Shown here one piece after another: positions 1 to 9,135 of a DNA stretch of 64,000 bases. The position numbers were made by a program, and so were the translations under genes. Source of the DNA: an uncultured Verrucomicrobiota bacterium (GTDB lineage Bacteria; Verrucomicrobiota; Verrucomicrobiia; Palsa-1439; CAYGDP01); assembly GCA_964348665.1 (NCBI GenBank), contig CAYGDP010000001.1, forward strand, positions 66,767 through 130,766. Reading direction: 5' to 3'. The notes below the pieces were generated by a model. The model saw only the letters and a list, made by a program, of their open reading frames with translations, was not told the origin of the DNA and searched no databases. Numbering within the stretch: position 1 is the first letter of the stretch; each line of letters begins with the position of its first letter.

Positions 1-26
1 TCGGTTGTTTTTTTATAATCGCGATA

Positions 27-1460
27 TTGTCGGCGGTATGCGCAAAAAACCGGTCTGCCAGCATGGCGGCGCTCTGGCCGTTGGCGGTGAATTTATTGCT
101 GGCGTATGCAGTTGCCACAAGTTTTGATCCCCGGGGAAACGAACGGCTGGTGAAACTTTGGATCGCCACGGCGACAATATTAAGCATATGGGCGATGATC
201 GTGCACTGGCGCGTGCCAAACTCGGCGGCGGAACCGGTGGCGACCTTTGGCAATCGCAATTTTCTGGCTGCATTTTTGGCGGCCTCCGTGTGGGTGGGCA
301 CGTCGCTGGCCCGCAATGAGGGTGCGGCAAAACGATCTCGAAAAAATTGGATTTATGGATTGTGGGGATTGTGGACGGTGTTGGTGATTGCGCTGGCGTG
401 CCGGTCTCGTGGCGCAATGCTGGCGCTGGCGACGGTCGGCGGAGCGATTCTTGTGATGTGGATATGGCGCGTGGTAAAAACTCTTCTCGCGCGGTTTGTG
501 TTGGTGGCAATCGCCGTGTTGATTGTTTTCATCGCGTTGGATTTGGCGCCAATAAAGTCGCGATTGGAAAAAATTTTCTCCGAAGATGTTCGTCCGGCAA
601 TCTGGCTGGGATCGTTGGGATTGATCTCGGAACGGCCGCTCGTGGGACACGGTTGGGGATCGTTCGAGTCGAACCTGGCGAGTCATCGTCCGATCCACTA
701 TTGGACAATCGGACGCGCGGCGCCCATCACCAAACACGCCCACAACGAATTCCTGGAAATCGGAGCGGAAGGAGGACTCTTGGCGGTGGCTGCGTTCGTT
801 GCGCTGCTGGTATTTGTTGCCTTGGAAGAGATGAAAGCGAATGTTCGCGGCAATCCATTTGCATTAGGGTTTGGCGCGGCACTGGCAACATGGCTGGTGC
901 ACAATCAATTGGATGTCAATCTACGGCATCTGCCTAACCAAACGCTATTCTGGGTGATGTTGGGATTGATTGTCGCACAGAATCGCGCGGACAACGTTAC
1001 GCGACCCTTGTCGGCGCGATCAGGTATGCCAATCCTCACCCTGTTGGGTGCCGGCGCCATTTTGCTGCAAGCGTTCGTGAGGCCGATTTGGGCAGATCTA
1101 CAGGTGATTCGAGGCGCTCGCGCGGTGGCGCAGCATAACTGGCAGGCTGCCGCATTGGCCTACCACGATGTATTGGAAATGGATGAACACCGCCTTGAGA
1201 TCCGCTATCGCCTAGGCATCGCACAAGCGCAAGCAAGACAACTTGACTCCGCTGCGGCGACATTCGAGGAATTGGACCGGCGAGCGCCCGACTATGGAGA
1301 GGTGAACGCGAATTTGGCACGAATCTATCTCGATCAAAATCAACCTCATCGCGCCATCGAACGTCTGCGCCGGGCGATCAAGGTCAATCCTCATCGGCTC
1401 GAATACCGTCAGCTTCTACAGGCAGCCGAGGCCATGGCGCGACCGGCAAAGCCGCGTTGA
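27..1460 (+). CDS. O-antigen ligase (Wzy_C)-like polytopic membrane protein with C-terminal TPR repeats
   Basis: Multiple hydrophobic segments. Motif HAHNEFLEIGAEGG resembles the Wzy_C/O-antigen ligase signature. C-terminal 150 aa has TPR-like repeat character (AALAYHDVLEM..., ARIYLDQNQPHRAIERLRRAI). Confidence 0.55.
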   Translation: MSAVCAKNRSASMAALWPLAVNLLLAYAVATSFDPRGNERLVKLWIATATILSIWAMIVHWRVPNSAAEPVATFGNRNFLAAFLAASVWVGTSLARNEGAAKRSRKNWIYGLWGLWTVLVIALACRSRGAMLALATVGGAILVMWIWRVVKTLLARFVLVAIAVLIVFIALDLAPIKSRLEKIFSEDVRPAIWLGSLGLISERPLVGHGWGSFESNLASHRPIHYWTIGRAAPITKHAHNEFLEIGAEGGLLAVAAFVALLVFVALEEMKANVRGNPFALGFGAALATWLVHNQLDVNLRHLPNQTLFWVMLGLIVAQNRADNVTRPLSARSGMPILTLLGAGAILLQAFVRPIWADLQVIRGARAVAQHNWQAAALAYHDVLEMDEHRLEIRYRLGIAQAQARQLDSAAATFEELDRRAPDYGEVNANLARIYLDQNQPHRAIERLRRAIKVNPHRLEYRQLLQAAEAMARPAKPR

Positions 1461-1490
1461 TTTTCACACGGCTCGTGATAGGCTGGACAC

Positions 1491-2255
1491 ATGACCATGA
1501 TCGTGGCCGCCAGTTCGAAAGATCCAACCATTCTCGCAGTATTTCTGTTCGGCGGCGGTTTGTTTGGATTTTTCTGGGGATTGCGCGCCTACTCGCGAAA
1601 ACGTCTGATGCAAAACACTCCCACGTCCACCGTGGCTTCCGTCGCTCTCGGCCCCGCTGAATTGCAAGGCCGCGCCATCCCCCACGGAACGCCGATGACC
1701 AGTCCCATCATGCAAGCGCCATGTGTCTATTGGCGCTATACCGTTGAGGAGTACCGCAAAGGCAAGAAAAGTGGGCGATGGGTCACGATCGCTCGCGATG
1801 AACGGCGCGTGCCGTTTTTTGTCGAGGACGATACCGGGAAAATTCTCGTGGACTCCATGGGCGCGGAGATTGACATTCCACAAGACCTGCGCGAGCAAAC
1901 AGGCATGTTCGGAGGATTATCGGCGAACGCGCAGGTGTTTTGCAACCGGCAGGGCTACGGCACGGGGTTTTTCAGCCGCGACAAGCGTTTTACCGAATGG
2001 CATATCGCGCCGGACGACACCCTGTATGTGTTCGGCGCGGTCGTCGCCCCGGAAGGTCAGATGGCGGGCGTGACCAAGGTGGAAGACCGGCTCGTGCGAA
2101 GCGATCGCTCGTGCAGTTTCTTCTACATCGCCGACAAATCGGCTAAGGAAGTCGAGAGCGCCTACGCGTGGAAAGCCGCGGGCGGCATTTTCGGAGGCGG
2201 GCTTGTGGTGTTGGTTGGCCTGGGTATTTTATTGAATAAGTTTGGGATATTGTAG
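1491..2255 (+). CDS. LemA-associated membrane protein, paralog 1 of 4 (possible GIDE-domain family)
   Basis: N-terminal TM. Shares NTPTSTVASVALGPAELQGRAIP, PCVYW, FFVEDDTGKILV, GAVVAPEGQMAGVTKVEDRLVRSD and a C-terminal TM with the three downstream paralogs. Confidence 0.5.
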   Translation: MTMIVAASSKDPTILAVFLFGGGLFGFFWGLRAYSRKRLMQNTPTSTVASVALGPAELQGRAIPHGTPMTSPIMQAPCVYWRYTVEEYRKGKKSGRWVTIARDERRVPFFVEDDTGKILVDSMGAEIDIPQDLREQTGMFGGLSANAQVFCNRQGYGTGFFSRDKRFTEWHIAPDDTLYVFGAVVAPEGQMAGVTKVEDRLVRSDRSCSFFYIADKSAKEVESAYAWKAAGGIFGGGLVVLVGLGILLNKFGIL

Positions 2256-2257
2256 CA

Positions 2258-3274
2258 ATGGAATTTTATTACACTCTCTATATCAGTTTCTATTTGCTCA
2301 TGGGGTTGTTGTTTTTCATCTGCGGCCTGCGCAACTACGCGCGCAGCAAGCTGATCGCGAACACGCCCACGGCAAAGATTGGTTCGGTTGCGCTCGGCCT
2401 CGCCGAGCTGCGCGGACGCATTGTGCCGCGAAGCGGGATGGGTTGCCCCATTACCCGGCAACCCTGTCTGGGATGGAAAATAAGCATCGGAGGATCAAAA
2501 CGAATTCCCGGAAGGATTATGTGGGAAGAATTCTATTTCTCCTTCTTTCTGGAGGACGAATCGGGACGCATCCTGGTGGAGGCGAAAGGATTACAAGGAC
2601 CCGAATCCATGACTCAAATGTTTATGGAATCGTTTTCGACTCCCTCGGCATTCAGTCGCAAGGGTGAAACTCGGCTCTTCAATCTCCGCTTTCCCGACGA
2701 CAAGATCTTTTGGGTGGAGGAATGGCAGATGATTGCCCGCGACCGACCGAATGACATATTTGCGCAAGTGGTCGAGTGGACAAAAGAGCGTGGCGTTGAC
2801 ATCGTTACATTAGAGAGCCATCGCTGGGTGTCATTGGTAATTTACAAGGCGCTAGATAAACCCGAGGCCGAGCTTTACGTTCTTGGCACAGTGACAGCCG
2901 TGCCGGAACAATTGGCAGGCAAAACCAAGACCGAAGATCGTGTCGCGCGTAGCGACCCGCGAGATCGCCTTTTGCTGGTTTCGACCGAATCGCCAAAGCG
3001 AACGGGGCAAGCGCATTTCCAAAGAGCGGTTGCCCAACTTATTGCGACCGCGCTTTGCCTGTTGATGGCGGTTGGCGTCTTTTTGCCGCTCTTATCTCTC
3101 CAGGCGGTAGGGGTTTCTACGATCGCGTTGGTTGTCGGTACAATCATTTTAGGGCTTTTGAAGCGCCAAATAGACCCGGTTGCGAACCTCGTCATCGCCG
3201 CTATGTTTATTTTGGCCATAATTGCTCTTTGGGCAATCACCATGCTCGAAGGAATCGGTCGGGTATTGCGCTAA
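2258..3274 (+). CDS. LemA-associated membrane protein, paralog 2 of 4
   Basis: Same motif set (NTPTAKIGSVALGLAELRGRIVP, PCLGW, FFLEDESGRILV, GTVTAVPEQLAGKTKTEDRVARSDP). Two C-terminal TMs. Starts 3 nt after paralog 1. Confidence 0.55.
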   Translation: MEFYYTLYISFYLLMGLLFFICGLRNYARSKLIANTPTAKIGSVALGLAELRGRIVPRSGMGCPITRQPCLGWKISIGGSKRIPGRIMWEEFYFSFFLEDESGRILVEAKGLQGPESMTQMFMESFSTPSAFSRKGETRLFNLRFPDDKIFWVEEWQMIARDRPNDIFAQVVEWTKERGVDIVTLESHRWVSLVIYKALDKPEAELYVLGTVTAVPEQLAGKTKTEDRVARSDPRDRLLLVSTESPKRTGQAHFQRAVAQLIATALCLLMAVGVFLPLLSLQAVGVSTIALVVGTIILGLLKRQIDPVANLVIAAMFILAIIALWAITMLEGIGRVLR

Positions 3275-3318
3275 CCGGCAAGCGGTGGATTATCATCAAT
3301 TAGTTTGGCATACTACGG

Positions 3319-4377
3319 GTGATGGAATACGCCATGGTCATCTTCATCGGCCTCTGGTTTTTGCTCGGCCTGCCGTTTTTTCTGTTCGGCCTGCGGTCGT
3401 TGCGCTGGGCTTCTCTGATCAAAAACACGCCCACCGCCAAGATCGGCTCTGTCGCGATTGGCTTGGCCGAGTTGCATGGACGCGTCATCCCCAAGGAAGG
3501 AATGGTCAGCCCGATCACGCAAAAGCCTTGCCTTGGCTGGGAAGTGAGCATTTGCGAGGAAGGTCGCAGCGACGGGCAAGCCACTAGTTTCAATACCCTT
3601 TGGAAAGAATTGCGGTTCGAGTTCTATCTCGAAGACGAGTCCGGGAAAATTCTGGTTCAACTCGACCAAACTCGCGATTTCAACGACCTCCAGCAAGTCC
3701 TCTGGCAAACGTCCCAATATAGCGAGTTTCTCGATAAGAATCGGAACTCGGTGCGTCGGGAAGACATGAGTCTATGGGGCAAGCCAGAGTACGCGAGTTC
3801 TGGTCGCCAATATGATGATTTTACTCCGCAAGTGCTAGAGTTCGCCCAGCGTCAGGGCTTCGACTTGCGTGGTGGGAAGAAACGCAGGTGCATTTCGGTG
3901 AAGATGTACGAGAAAATCGTTGGCACCGACAGCGTGCTGGGCAGAAATACTTCGGGCTATACGTCGCTGGATGGCAATTATTATATCATGGGCACAGTGT
4001 TGGCCGCGCCGGAACAACTGGCGGGAAAAAACAAAATTGAAGACCGTGTTGTCCGCCGCGACCCGCAGAATCGCGTATTCGTCTTTGCGCCAATTCCTCC
4101 TAAACGGATGGAACGCACGCAACGGAATAAAGCCATCGCCCAATTTTGCGGCGCGGCGTTTTGCGGTCTCATGGGGCTGGGGATCTTTGCGCCGCATGTA
4201 GCAGCCGTTGTGGCGCTCTCGTATATCATTATCTTCTTTGGATCTGCCCTTGTCGGCGCACTCATTTTGAAACGCCAGCCTGAACCGGGCGTGTTACTGA
4301 TTGCCTTCCTGGTGTGTTTTCTGGCATTCTTTGCGCTCTTCACGTTTCAGGGCGCGCTCAATCAACTACTTCGATGA
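3319..4377 (+). CDS. LemA-associated membrane protein, paralog 3 of 4
   Basis: NTPTAKIGSVAIGLAELHGRVIP, PCLGWEV, FYLEDESGKILV, GTVLAAPEQLAGKNKIEDRVVRRDP. N- and C-terminal TMs. Confidence 0.55.
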   Translation: MMEYAMVIFIGLWFLLGLPFFLFGLRSLRWASLIKNTPTAKIGSVAIGLAELHGRVIPKEGMVSPITQKPCLGWEVSICEEGRSDGQATSFNTLWKELRFEFYLEDESGKILVQLDQTRDFNDLQQVLWQTSQYSEFLDKNRNSVRREDMSLWGKPEYASSGRQYDDFTPQVLEFAQRQGFDLRGGKKRRCISVKMYEKIVGTDSVLGRNTSGYTSLDGNYYIMGTVLAAPEQLAGKNKIEDRVVRRDPQNRVFVFAPIPPKRMERTQRNKAIAQFCGAAFCGLMGLGIFAPHVAAVVALSYIIIFFGSALVGALILKRQPEPGVLLIAFLVCFLAFFALFTFQGALNQLLR

Positions 4378-5249
4378 ACTTTGGCATCAACCTCCTCCTC
4401 GGCGTTGCAACCGCTCCTACCACGAGCGATGTGGTTCAGGCATGGATGACCATCGTTTTCGCTGCTGTCGGCGTGCTTGCGCTCGGTGTGGGACTGATCT
4501 TGTTTAATGGGACGATCAAAGACATTCACAAAGTCCGGCTCATTGCGGGAACCCCAACATCCACCATCCGCGCCGCCGCGCTCGGCTTGGTGGAACTCCA
4601 TGGCCGCGTCACACCACTGGAAAGTTTGGTCGCGCCGATCTCGAAGCAGCCTTGTGCCGCGTGGCGCTATTCTCTCTGGATTGGCCCCAAAGGTAAGCAG
4701 TCCGTCTGGACAGTCTCCAGCGAGAAAACCAATGTGCACCCGTTCTATCTCGAAGACGACACAGGTCGAGTGCTCGTGGATCCGCGTGACGGAAATTCAT
4801 TCCTAAGCTACGATGGCCAGCATCAGGAAGAACATACCGAACCGGTCGAGCTTCCCTACGAATTTGTCGCTTGGGCAAAACACAACCACATCAATTACGG
4901 CGCCGAAATCAAGCAGCCGTGGAGTGTCAATGTGCAATGGATCACCATCGGCACGCCCGCCTATGTATTGGGAACACTGTGCGCGGTGGAGGATAAGTTT
5001 TCTGGATTAGCCAAATCCGAAGACCGAGTCGTGCGGCGCGATCCGAAGGACAAAATTTTCCTCCTTTCCCGCTGTTCTCCGCGCGAGATGGAACTGGGTT
5101 CGCATCAGTTTTCCCGCAACGGCATCGTCATCAGTGCCTTGATTGCCATCGGCGGACTGGGGATGATCCTGATCGTAAGCAAGATTGCGGCGCTTTTCTT
5201 TCTTGCGCTATTCGCTCTGTTTGTGATTCCTACCATGCGGAGGTTATGA
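4374..5249 (+). CDS. LemA-associated membrane protein, paralog 4 of 4
   Basis: GTPTSTIRAAALGLVELHGRVTP, PCAAWRY, FYLEDDTGRVLV, GTLCAVEDKFSGLAKSEDRVVRRDP. Start chosen at MNFGIN, which overlaps the paralog-3 stop as ATGA. The track start at 4314 is also possible. Confidence 0.5.
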   Translation: MNFGINLLLGVATAPTTSDVVQAWMTIVFAAVGVLALGVGLILFNGTIKDIHKVRLIAGTPTSTIRAAALGLVELHGRVTPLESLVAPISKQPCAAWRYSLWIGPKGKQSVWTVSSEKTNVHPFYLEDDTGRVLVDPRDGNSFLSYDGQHQEEHTEPVELPYEFVAWAKHNHINYGAEIKQPWSVNVQWITIGTPAYVLGTLCAVEDKFSGLAKSEDRVVRRDPKDKIFLLSRCSPREMELGSHQFSRNGIVISALIAIGGLGMILIVSKIAALFFLALFALFVIPTMRRL

Positions 5250-5845
5250 ACAACGGCATCATGATTATTGTGTTGTTTGGCGCTGCTCTGGCGGCGATTG
5301 CGCTGCTGGTGTACGCGGTCACGCTCTACAACGGCCTCATCTATCTGCGTAACCAGATGGACAAGGCGTGGGCCAACATTGACGTGCTGCTCAAGCAACG
5401 CCACGATCTTATCCCCAATCTTGTCGAGACCGTCAAAGGCTACGCCACACACGAGCGCACCGTGTTCGAGAACGTCACTCGCGCCCGCACCGAGGCCATT
5501 ACACTCCAAGCACACGGCCGAACTGACGCGCCCCAGCTCGCGCAAGCCGAGGATTACATCTCGCGCACGATCAAATCCATTTTCGCCGTTGCGGAGGCCT
5601 ATCCCGTCCTGAAAGCCAACCAAAACTTTCTCGCCTTGCAGGAATCGCTCGTGCGCGTCGAAAACGAAGTTGCCGAGCGCCGCGAATTTTTCAACAACGC
5701 CGTCAACCTCTACAACGTCGCCATCCAGCGTCTCCCCGATGTTTTCGTCGCCCGTTTCCTCAATTTCCAGCCCGCTCTTTATTTCCGAGCCGAAGATGCC
5801 GAGCGGACGACCATCAGTGTTTCCTTCACGCCGCCCGCGAATTGA
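5246..5845 (+). CDS. lemA: LemA family protein
   Basis: N-terminal TM followed by NGLIYLRNQMDKAWANIDVLLKQRHDLIPNLVETVKGYATHER, the canonical LemA signature. ATGA overlap with the upstream paralog. Confidence 0.85.
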   Translation: MNNGIMIIVLFGAALAAIALLVYAVTLYNGLIYLRNQMDKAWANIDVLLKQRHDLIPNLVETVKGYATHERTVFENVTRARTEAITLQAHGRTDAPQLAQAEDYISRTIKSIFAVAEAYPVLKANQNFLALQESLVRVENEVAERREFFNNAVNLYNVAIQRLPDVFVARFLNFQPALYFRAEDAERTTISVSFTPPAN

Positions 5846-5859
5846 CGGCATGATTTGTT

Positions 5860-7167
5860 TCACCGCTCGACCGTGAAGGCGATATCCGTTCCCGGCAAAC
5901 ACACGCCACCTTTTTCCGCTCCACCGTCGTCTTTGCCAACCATGCTCGGATCATCCTCATCGCTGATGCTATAGGTCACAAAACCTCGTGCCAATTTTCT
6001 GTAGCGAATCGGCTGGCCATCGAACGGATCCGTCGGAACTGCCGTTAGAAAACGCGGGACAAGTTCATCTAGTTTTTCGGGCAGCTTGCCATTCGCAAGT
6101 CGATACCGCTCGACGGCGATCCCAGCCTGCGCGGCGCGGGCTGTCGCGGATGCTCGCGCATCGCGCAGAGCCCAAGCGATTGTCATCTCGGCCGCCTTGC
6201 GCCACACATTAACCGCTGGAAGTGATTTCTTTAGCTTCGCTTCCGCCTTCAAAATCTCCTGCAAACTTTTGGGCAACGGCAGTTTACTGGCGGCGATGCA
6301 CTCTTCTATGAAAGTCAGAAAGATGATGTAATGCTCGTTCGAGTATTCGGGCATTGGACTGGAGGTTTTATCATGCGCCGAAATCGCTACCCACATCCCC
6401 TTCGCATACTCTCTTGGCTTGGAGATGATTTCGCAGCGATCGCTCACCAGTATTCGAATGACAGCCTCACGGTCGTCTGCAACCGCGACGACGTTAGCAA
6501 GTCTTTTTAGCTCCTCTTCGGAAACCTGCGTGCGATTCAAAAGCCGCTCAACACTGGAAATCATAATCCAGACACAAGCATTGTGGACGAGGCTCGGGAT
6601 CACTCCCGGCTCGTTGGCTAACGAGCGACTGACTGCCGCCGATGTCTGCACCGATTCCACCGCTGTGGAAGTTAGGCCTTGCTCGGCGAGCACGATGGTT
6701 TCAAGGCTAAGCAGTCTTGCGCAAGCGCGCACAGGCGGAAAGGGAGTGGGAATACCATTTACCATCACCCACGGGTAACGGCACTCGCTCTTTGTCGCCG
6801 CCTGACGCAGCAACGTGAGCGTCTGCCGGTGCGCGGTCAAGTAAGTGAAACACGCCTGCATCATTTCCGGAGGCAACCGCTCCGTGCGCGGCGGTAGTTT
6901 AACCCATCCGTCCACCGGAATGCGTTCCCGCAGTTTTTCGTCTCTCGGCGGAAAACTCGAAAACGCCGCCTTATACAGATCCGCGGCGTTATTTTCGGGT
7001 TTCACCTGCGGATACCACTGCTCCAATTCCGCCATCGTCACGGGATAACCCTCTTTCCGAATCGCATCCAGCTTGGATTGGATTTGCTCGTCAAGCGACT
7101 GGCTGCGGACGGCGCAAGCCGTAACCATCCACAAACACGCTGCGCCTATGAGCCGAACCTGCTGCAT
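5860..7167 (-). CDS. secreted hypothetical protein (signal peptide; C-terminal pseudopilin-like motif)
   Basis: N-terminal signal peptide MQQVRLIGAACLWMVTACAV. The C-terminus VPTDPFDGQPIRYRK...GGVCLPGTDIAF resembles the GspG-type pseudopilin C-terminal motif. Confidence 0.45.
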   Translation of the reverse strand: MQQVRLIGAACLWMVTACAVRSQSLDEQIQSKLDAIRKEGYPVTMAELEQWYPQVKPENNAADLYKAAFSSFPPRDEKLRERIPVDGWVKLPPRTERLPPEMMQACFTYLTAHRQTLTLLRQAATKSECRYPWVMVNGIPTPFPPVRACARLLSLETIVLAEQGLTSTAVESVQTSAAVSRSLANEPGVIPSLVHNACVWIMISSVERLLNRTQVSEEELKRLANVVAVADDREAVIRILVSDRCEIISKPREYAKGMWVAISAHDKTSSPMPEYSNEHYIIFLTFIEECIAASKLPLPKSLQEILKAEAKLKKSLPAVNVWRKAAEMTIAWALRDARASATARAAQAGIAVERYRLANGKLPEKLDELVPRFLTAVPTDPFDGQPIRYRKLARGFVTYSISDEDDPSMVGKDDGGAEKGGVCLPGTDIAFTVER

Positions 7168-7296
7168 GGCTACAGATTACTCCGTTTTTCTGCACGTGCC
7201 AGCGTAAATTCTGGACAAGTATGACCGCTACCACAGACGACGCTTACATCCGGATTTGGTGAGACTCTAACGTTCGCTTGCGATTTCGGGGCGTGC

Positions 7297-7512
7297 GTGT
7301 TAGCTTCGCGTAGAATGAGCAAGAACACAGCGCAATTGATTGTGGCATTTGAGAAGCTGCCGATGGTGGAGAAGCAAATCTTTGTAAAAGAGGTTTTTCG
7401 CCGGCTGCCTCCGATTGATTCGGGTGCGTTGAGCGAGGAGGAGATCGCGGCAGCGGGCGATCAACTCGCTGCGCTGATCGAACAGGAAGAGCATGATTCC
7501 CAAGCGCGGTGA
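7297..7512 (+). CDS. putative antitoxin of a degraded PemK/MazF-type TA pair
   Basis: 71-aa ORF whose 3' end overlaps by 20 nt the start of a PemK-like toxin fragment. Acidic C-terminus. Confidence 0.35.
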   Translation: MLASRRMSKNTAQLIVAFEKLPMVEKQIFVKEVFRRLPPIDSGALSEEEIAAAGDQLAALIEQEEHDSQAR

Positions 7513-7612
7513 GATCTGGCTTTTCGACTGCGGAATGGTCGAGAAAATTCGGCCTGTGCTGATTCTCACCAGAATCATTACCGATGAGTCCTTTCTCCGC
7601 ACATTTGGGTGA
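7493..7612 (+). pseudogene. truncated PemK/MazF-family toxin (39 codons)
   Basis: MIPKRGEIWLFDCGMVEKIRPVLILT matches the PemK/MazF N-terminus (RGEIWL...RPVLIVT) but terminates after 39 codons, against about 110 aa for an intact toxin. Confidence 0.45.
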
Positions 7613-7640
7613 AATTCAGGACAGACATTTTGCCGTTTAA

Positions 7641-7702
7641 TGTAGGCCGACTCTGCGAGTCGGCGCATCATTATTATCGCCGCTTCGCAGAAGCGGCCTA
7701 CA
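7641..7702. repeat. 62-bp nested palindromic element (two 8-bp-stem hairpins inside an 8-bp terminal inverted repeat)
   Basis: TGTAGGCC-GACTCtgcGAGTC-GGC...GCC-GCTTCgcaGAAGC-GGCCTACA. The outer TGTAGGCC/GGCCTACA arms are perfectly complementary. The two inner hairpins have 8-bp stems and 3-nt loops. Confidence 0.6.
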
Positions 7703-8080
7703 ATGTTGCAGTACCGACGGCATGACTATCATCGCTAATGGTTCAGAATTCTCAGCGGTAATCATAGACTACACCACGGCACGCTCGGCGCGGTTTTGCC
7801 CGGAGCGGCGGCGTTTGTTTTGTTGAGGATTTTTTTGCGGGAGCGCAAGTTTTTGGGTGTGGCTTCGACATGTTCACCCGCACCGACGCATACGATTGCG
7901 CGCTCGATGAACTTTCGAATGGGCGCCTTGAGAGAGATATCTTCGTTCCTCTGATTTTCCCAGACGATCATTCCTTCCTAAACTCCCTCGTCCGACAGGA
8001 ATCGCTCGTCGTCGGCGAGATTATTCATTTTCCAGCCCGTTGTTTATTTCCAATCTCCCCCGTGCTAATGTCATCCCCCG

Positions 8081-9097
8081 ATGAAAGACCGCTTATTGGA
8101 TTCGTCGTCCGTTCTCCCGCTGGTTGTAGAACCGGAGCGCGACACAGCAGAAGGGCGTGGACTGCCGGCATTATTGGAGTGGATTGCTTCGGAGAGGGAC
8201 TGGATCGAAACCAAGCTCCTATACCACGGTGGAATACTGCTCCGCGGATTTGCGGTGCGCGACATCGAAGATTTCGAGCGATTCTCGCTCGCCATTTCCC
8301 CGCAGCTTGGCGAATACATCCGGGGCAATTCTCCTCGCAGCAAGATTTCCGGAAAAGTGTACACCTCCACCGAATTTCCCTGTTTTTTTCCGCTACCACT
8401 TCACAACGAATTGTCCTACGTGCCCCGTCCGCCGTCCAAAGTGATGTTTTTTTGCGTTACGCCTCCCGCCATCGGAGGTCGCACCCCGATCGCAGACATG
8501 CGAAAAGTCTACCAACGAATTCGGCCAGAGGTTCGCCAGCGGTTTATCGAGAAACAAGTTCGCTATATCCAGAATGTTCCTGCGCGGGGCAGCGTTCCCT
8601 GGTTGAAAACCTGGCCGTCGATGTTCGAAACCGGAGACAAATTGCGCGTGGAAGAAGCCTGCCGACAACGATCGTTGGATTTTCGCTGGGATGCCAACAA
8701 CACTCTGCATCTAACAAACGTGCGCCCCAGCGTAATGGCGCATCCGAAAACAGGGGAGCAGGTCTGGTTCAATCAAGCGCATATTTTTCACAATTCTTGG
8801 TCGTCAGAATTCTGGCGGCATTACCAGGTTCCCATCGCGATCGGGGCAAAAATCCGTGAGTTGTATCATGCGACGCGGTTTCAACCGGAGGAATACCCGA
8901 CTCACTGTGTCCATGGCGATGGATCTATGATCTTGCCCGAAGATCTCCGGCACATCCGCGATGTGCTCTGGGATACCTCGACCAGTTTTCCATGGCAACA
9001 GGGAGACGTTCTATTGCTCGATAATATTTCAGTCTCGCACGCCCGCAGCCCGTTCCTTGGAAAGCGACGCATCGTCGTCACACTCTCGTATGATTGA
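8081..9097 (+). CDS. TauD/TfdA-family Fe(II)/2-oxoglutarate-dependent dioxygenase
   Basis: Clavaminate-synthase-like layout with an HxE facial-triad motif (PLHNELSY), a distal His and a C-terminal Arg (SHARSPFLGKRRIV). Confidence 0.65.
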   Translation: MKDRLLDSSSVLPLVVEPERDTAEGRGLPALLEWIASERDWIETKLLYHGGILLRGFAVRDIEDFERFSLAISPQLGEYIRGNSPRSKISGKVYTSTEFPCFFPLPLHNELSYVPRPPSKVMFFCVTPPAIGGRTPIADMRKVYQRIRPEVRQRFIEKQVRYIQNVPARGSVPWLKTWPSMFETGDKLRVEEACRQRSLDFRWDANNTLHLTNVRPSVMAHPKTGEQVWFNQAHIFHNSWSSEFWRHYQVPIAIGAKIRELYHATRFQPEEYPTHCVHGDGSMILPEDLRHIRDVLWDTSTSFPWQQGDVLLLDNISVSHARSPFLGKRRIVVTLSYD

Positions 9098-9135
9098 ATC
9101 GCCGCCGAGATGCACGGGGCTGCCCGTGCCGTTTC

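Noticed and set aside
7641-7702. Possible tRNA or other structured RNA gene
   Set aside because: 62 nt with two 8-bp hairpins and terminal inverted repeats does not fit a tRNA cloverleaf. Kept as a palindromic repeat element.
7870-8859. 329-aa plus-strand ORF overlapping the TauD-like gene
   Set aside because: Different frame from the dioxygenase, which has recognisable HxE motifs. Low-complexity, Arg-rich translation.
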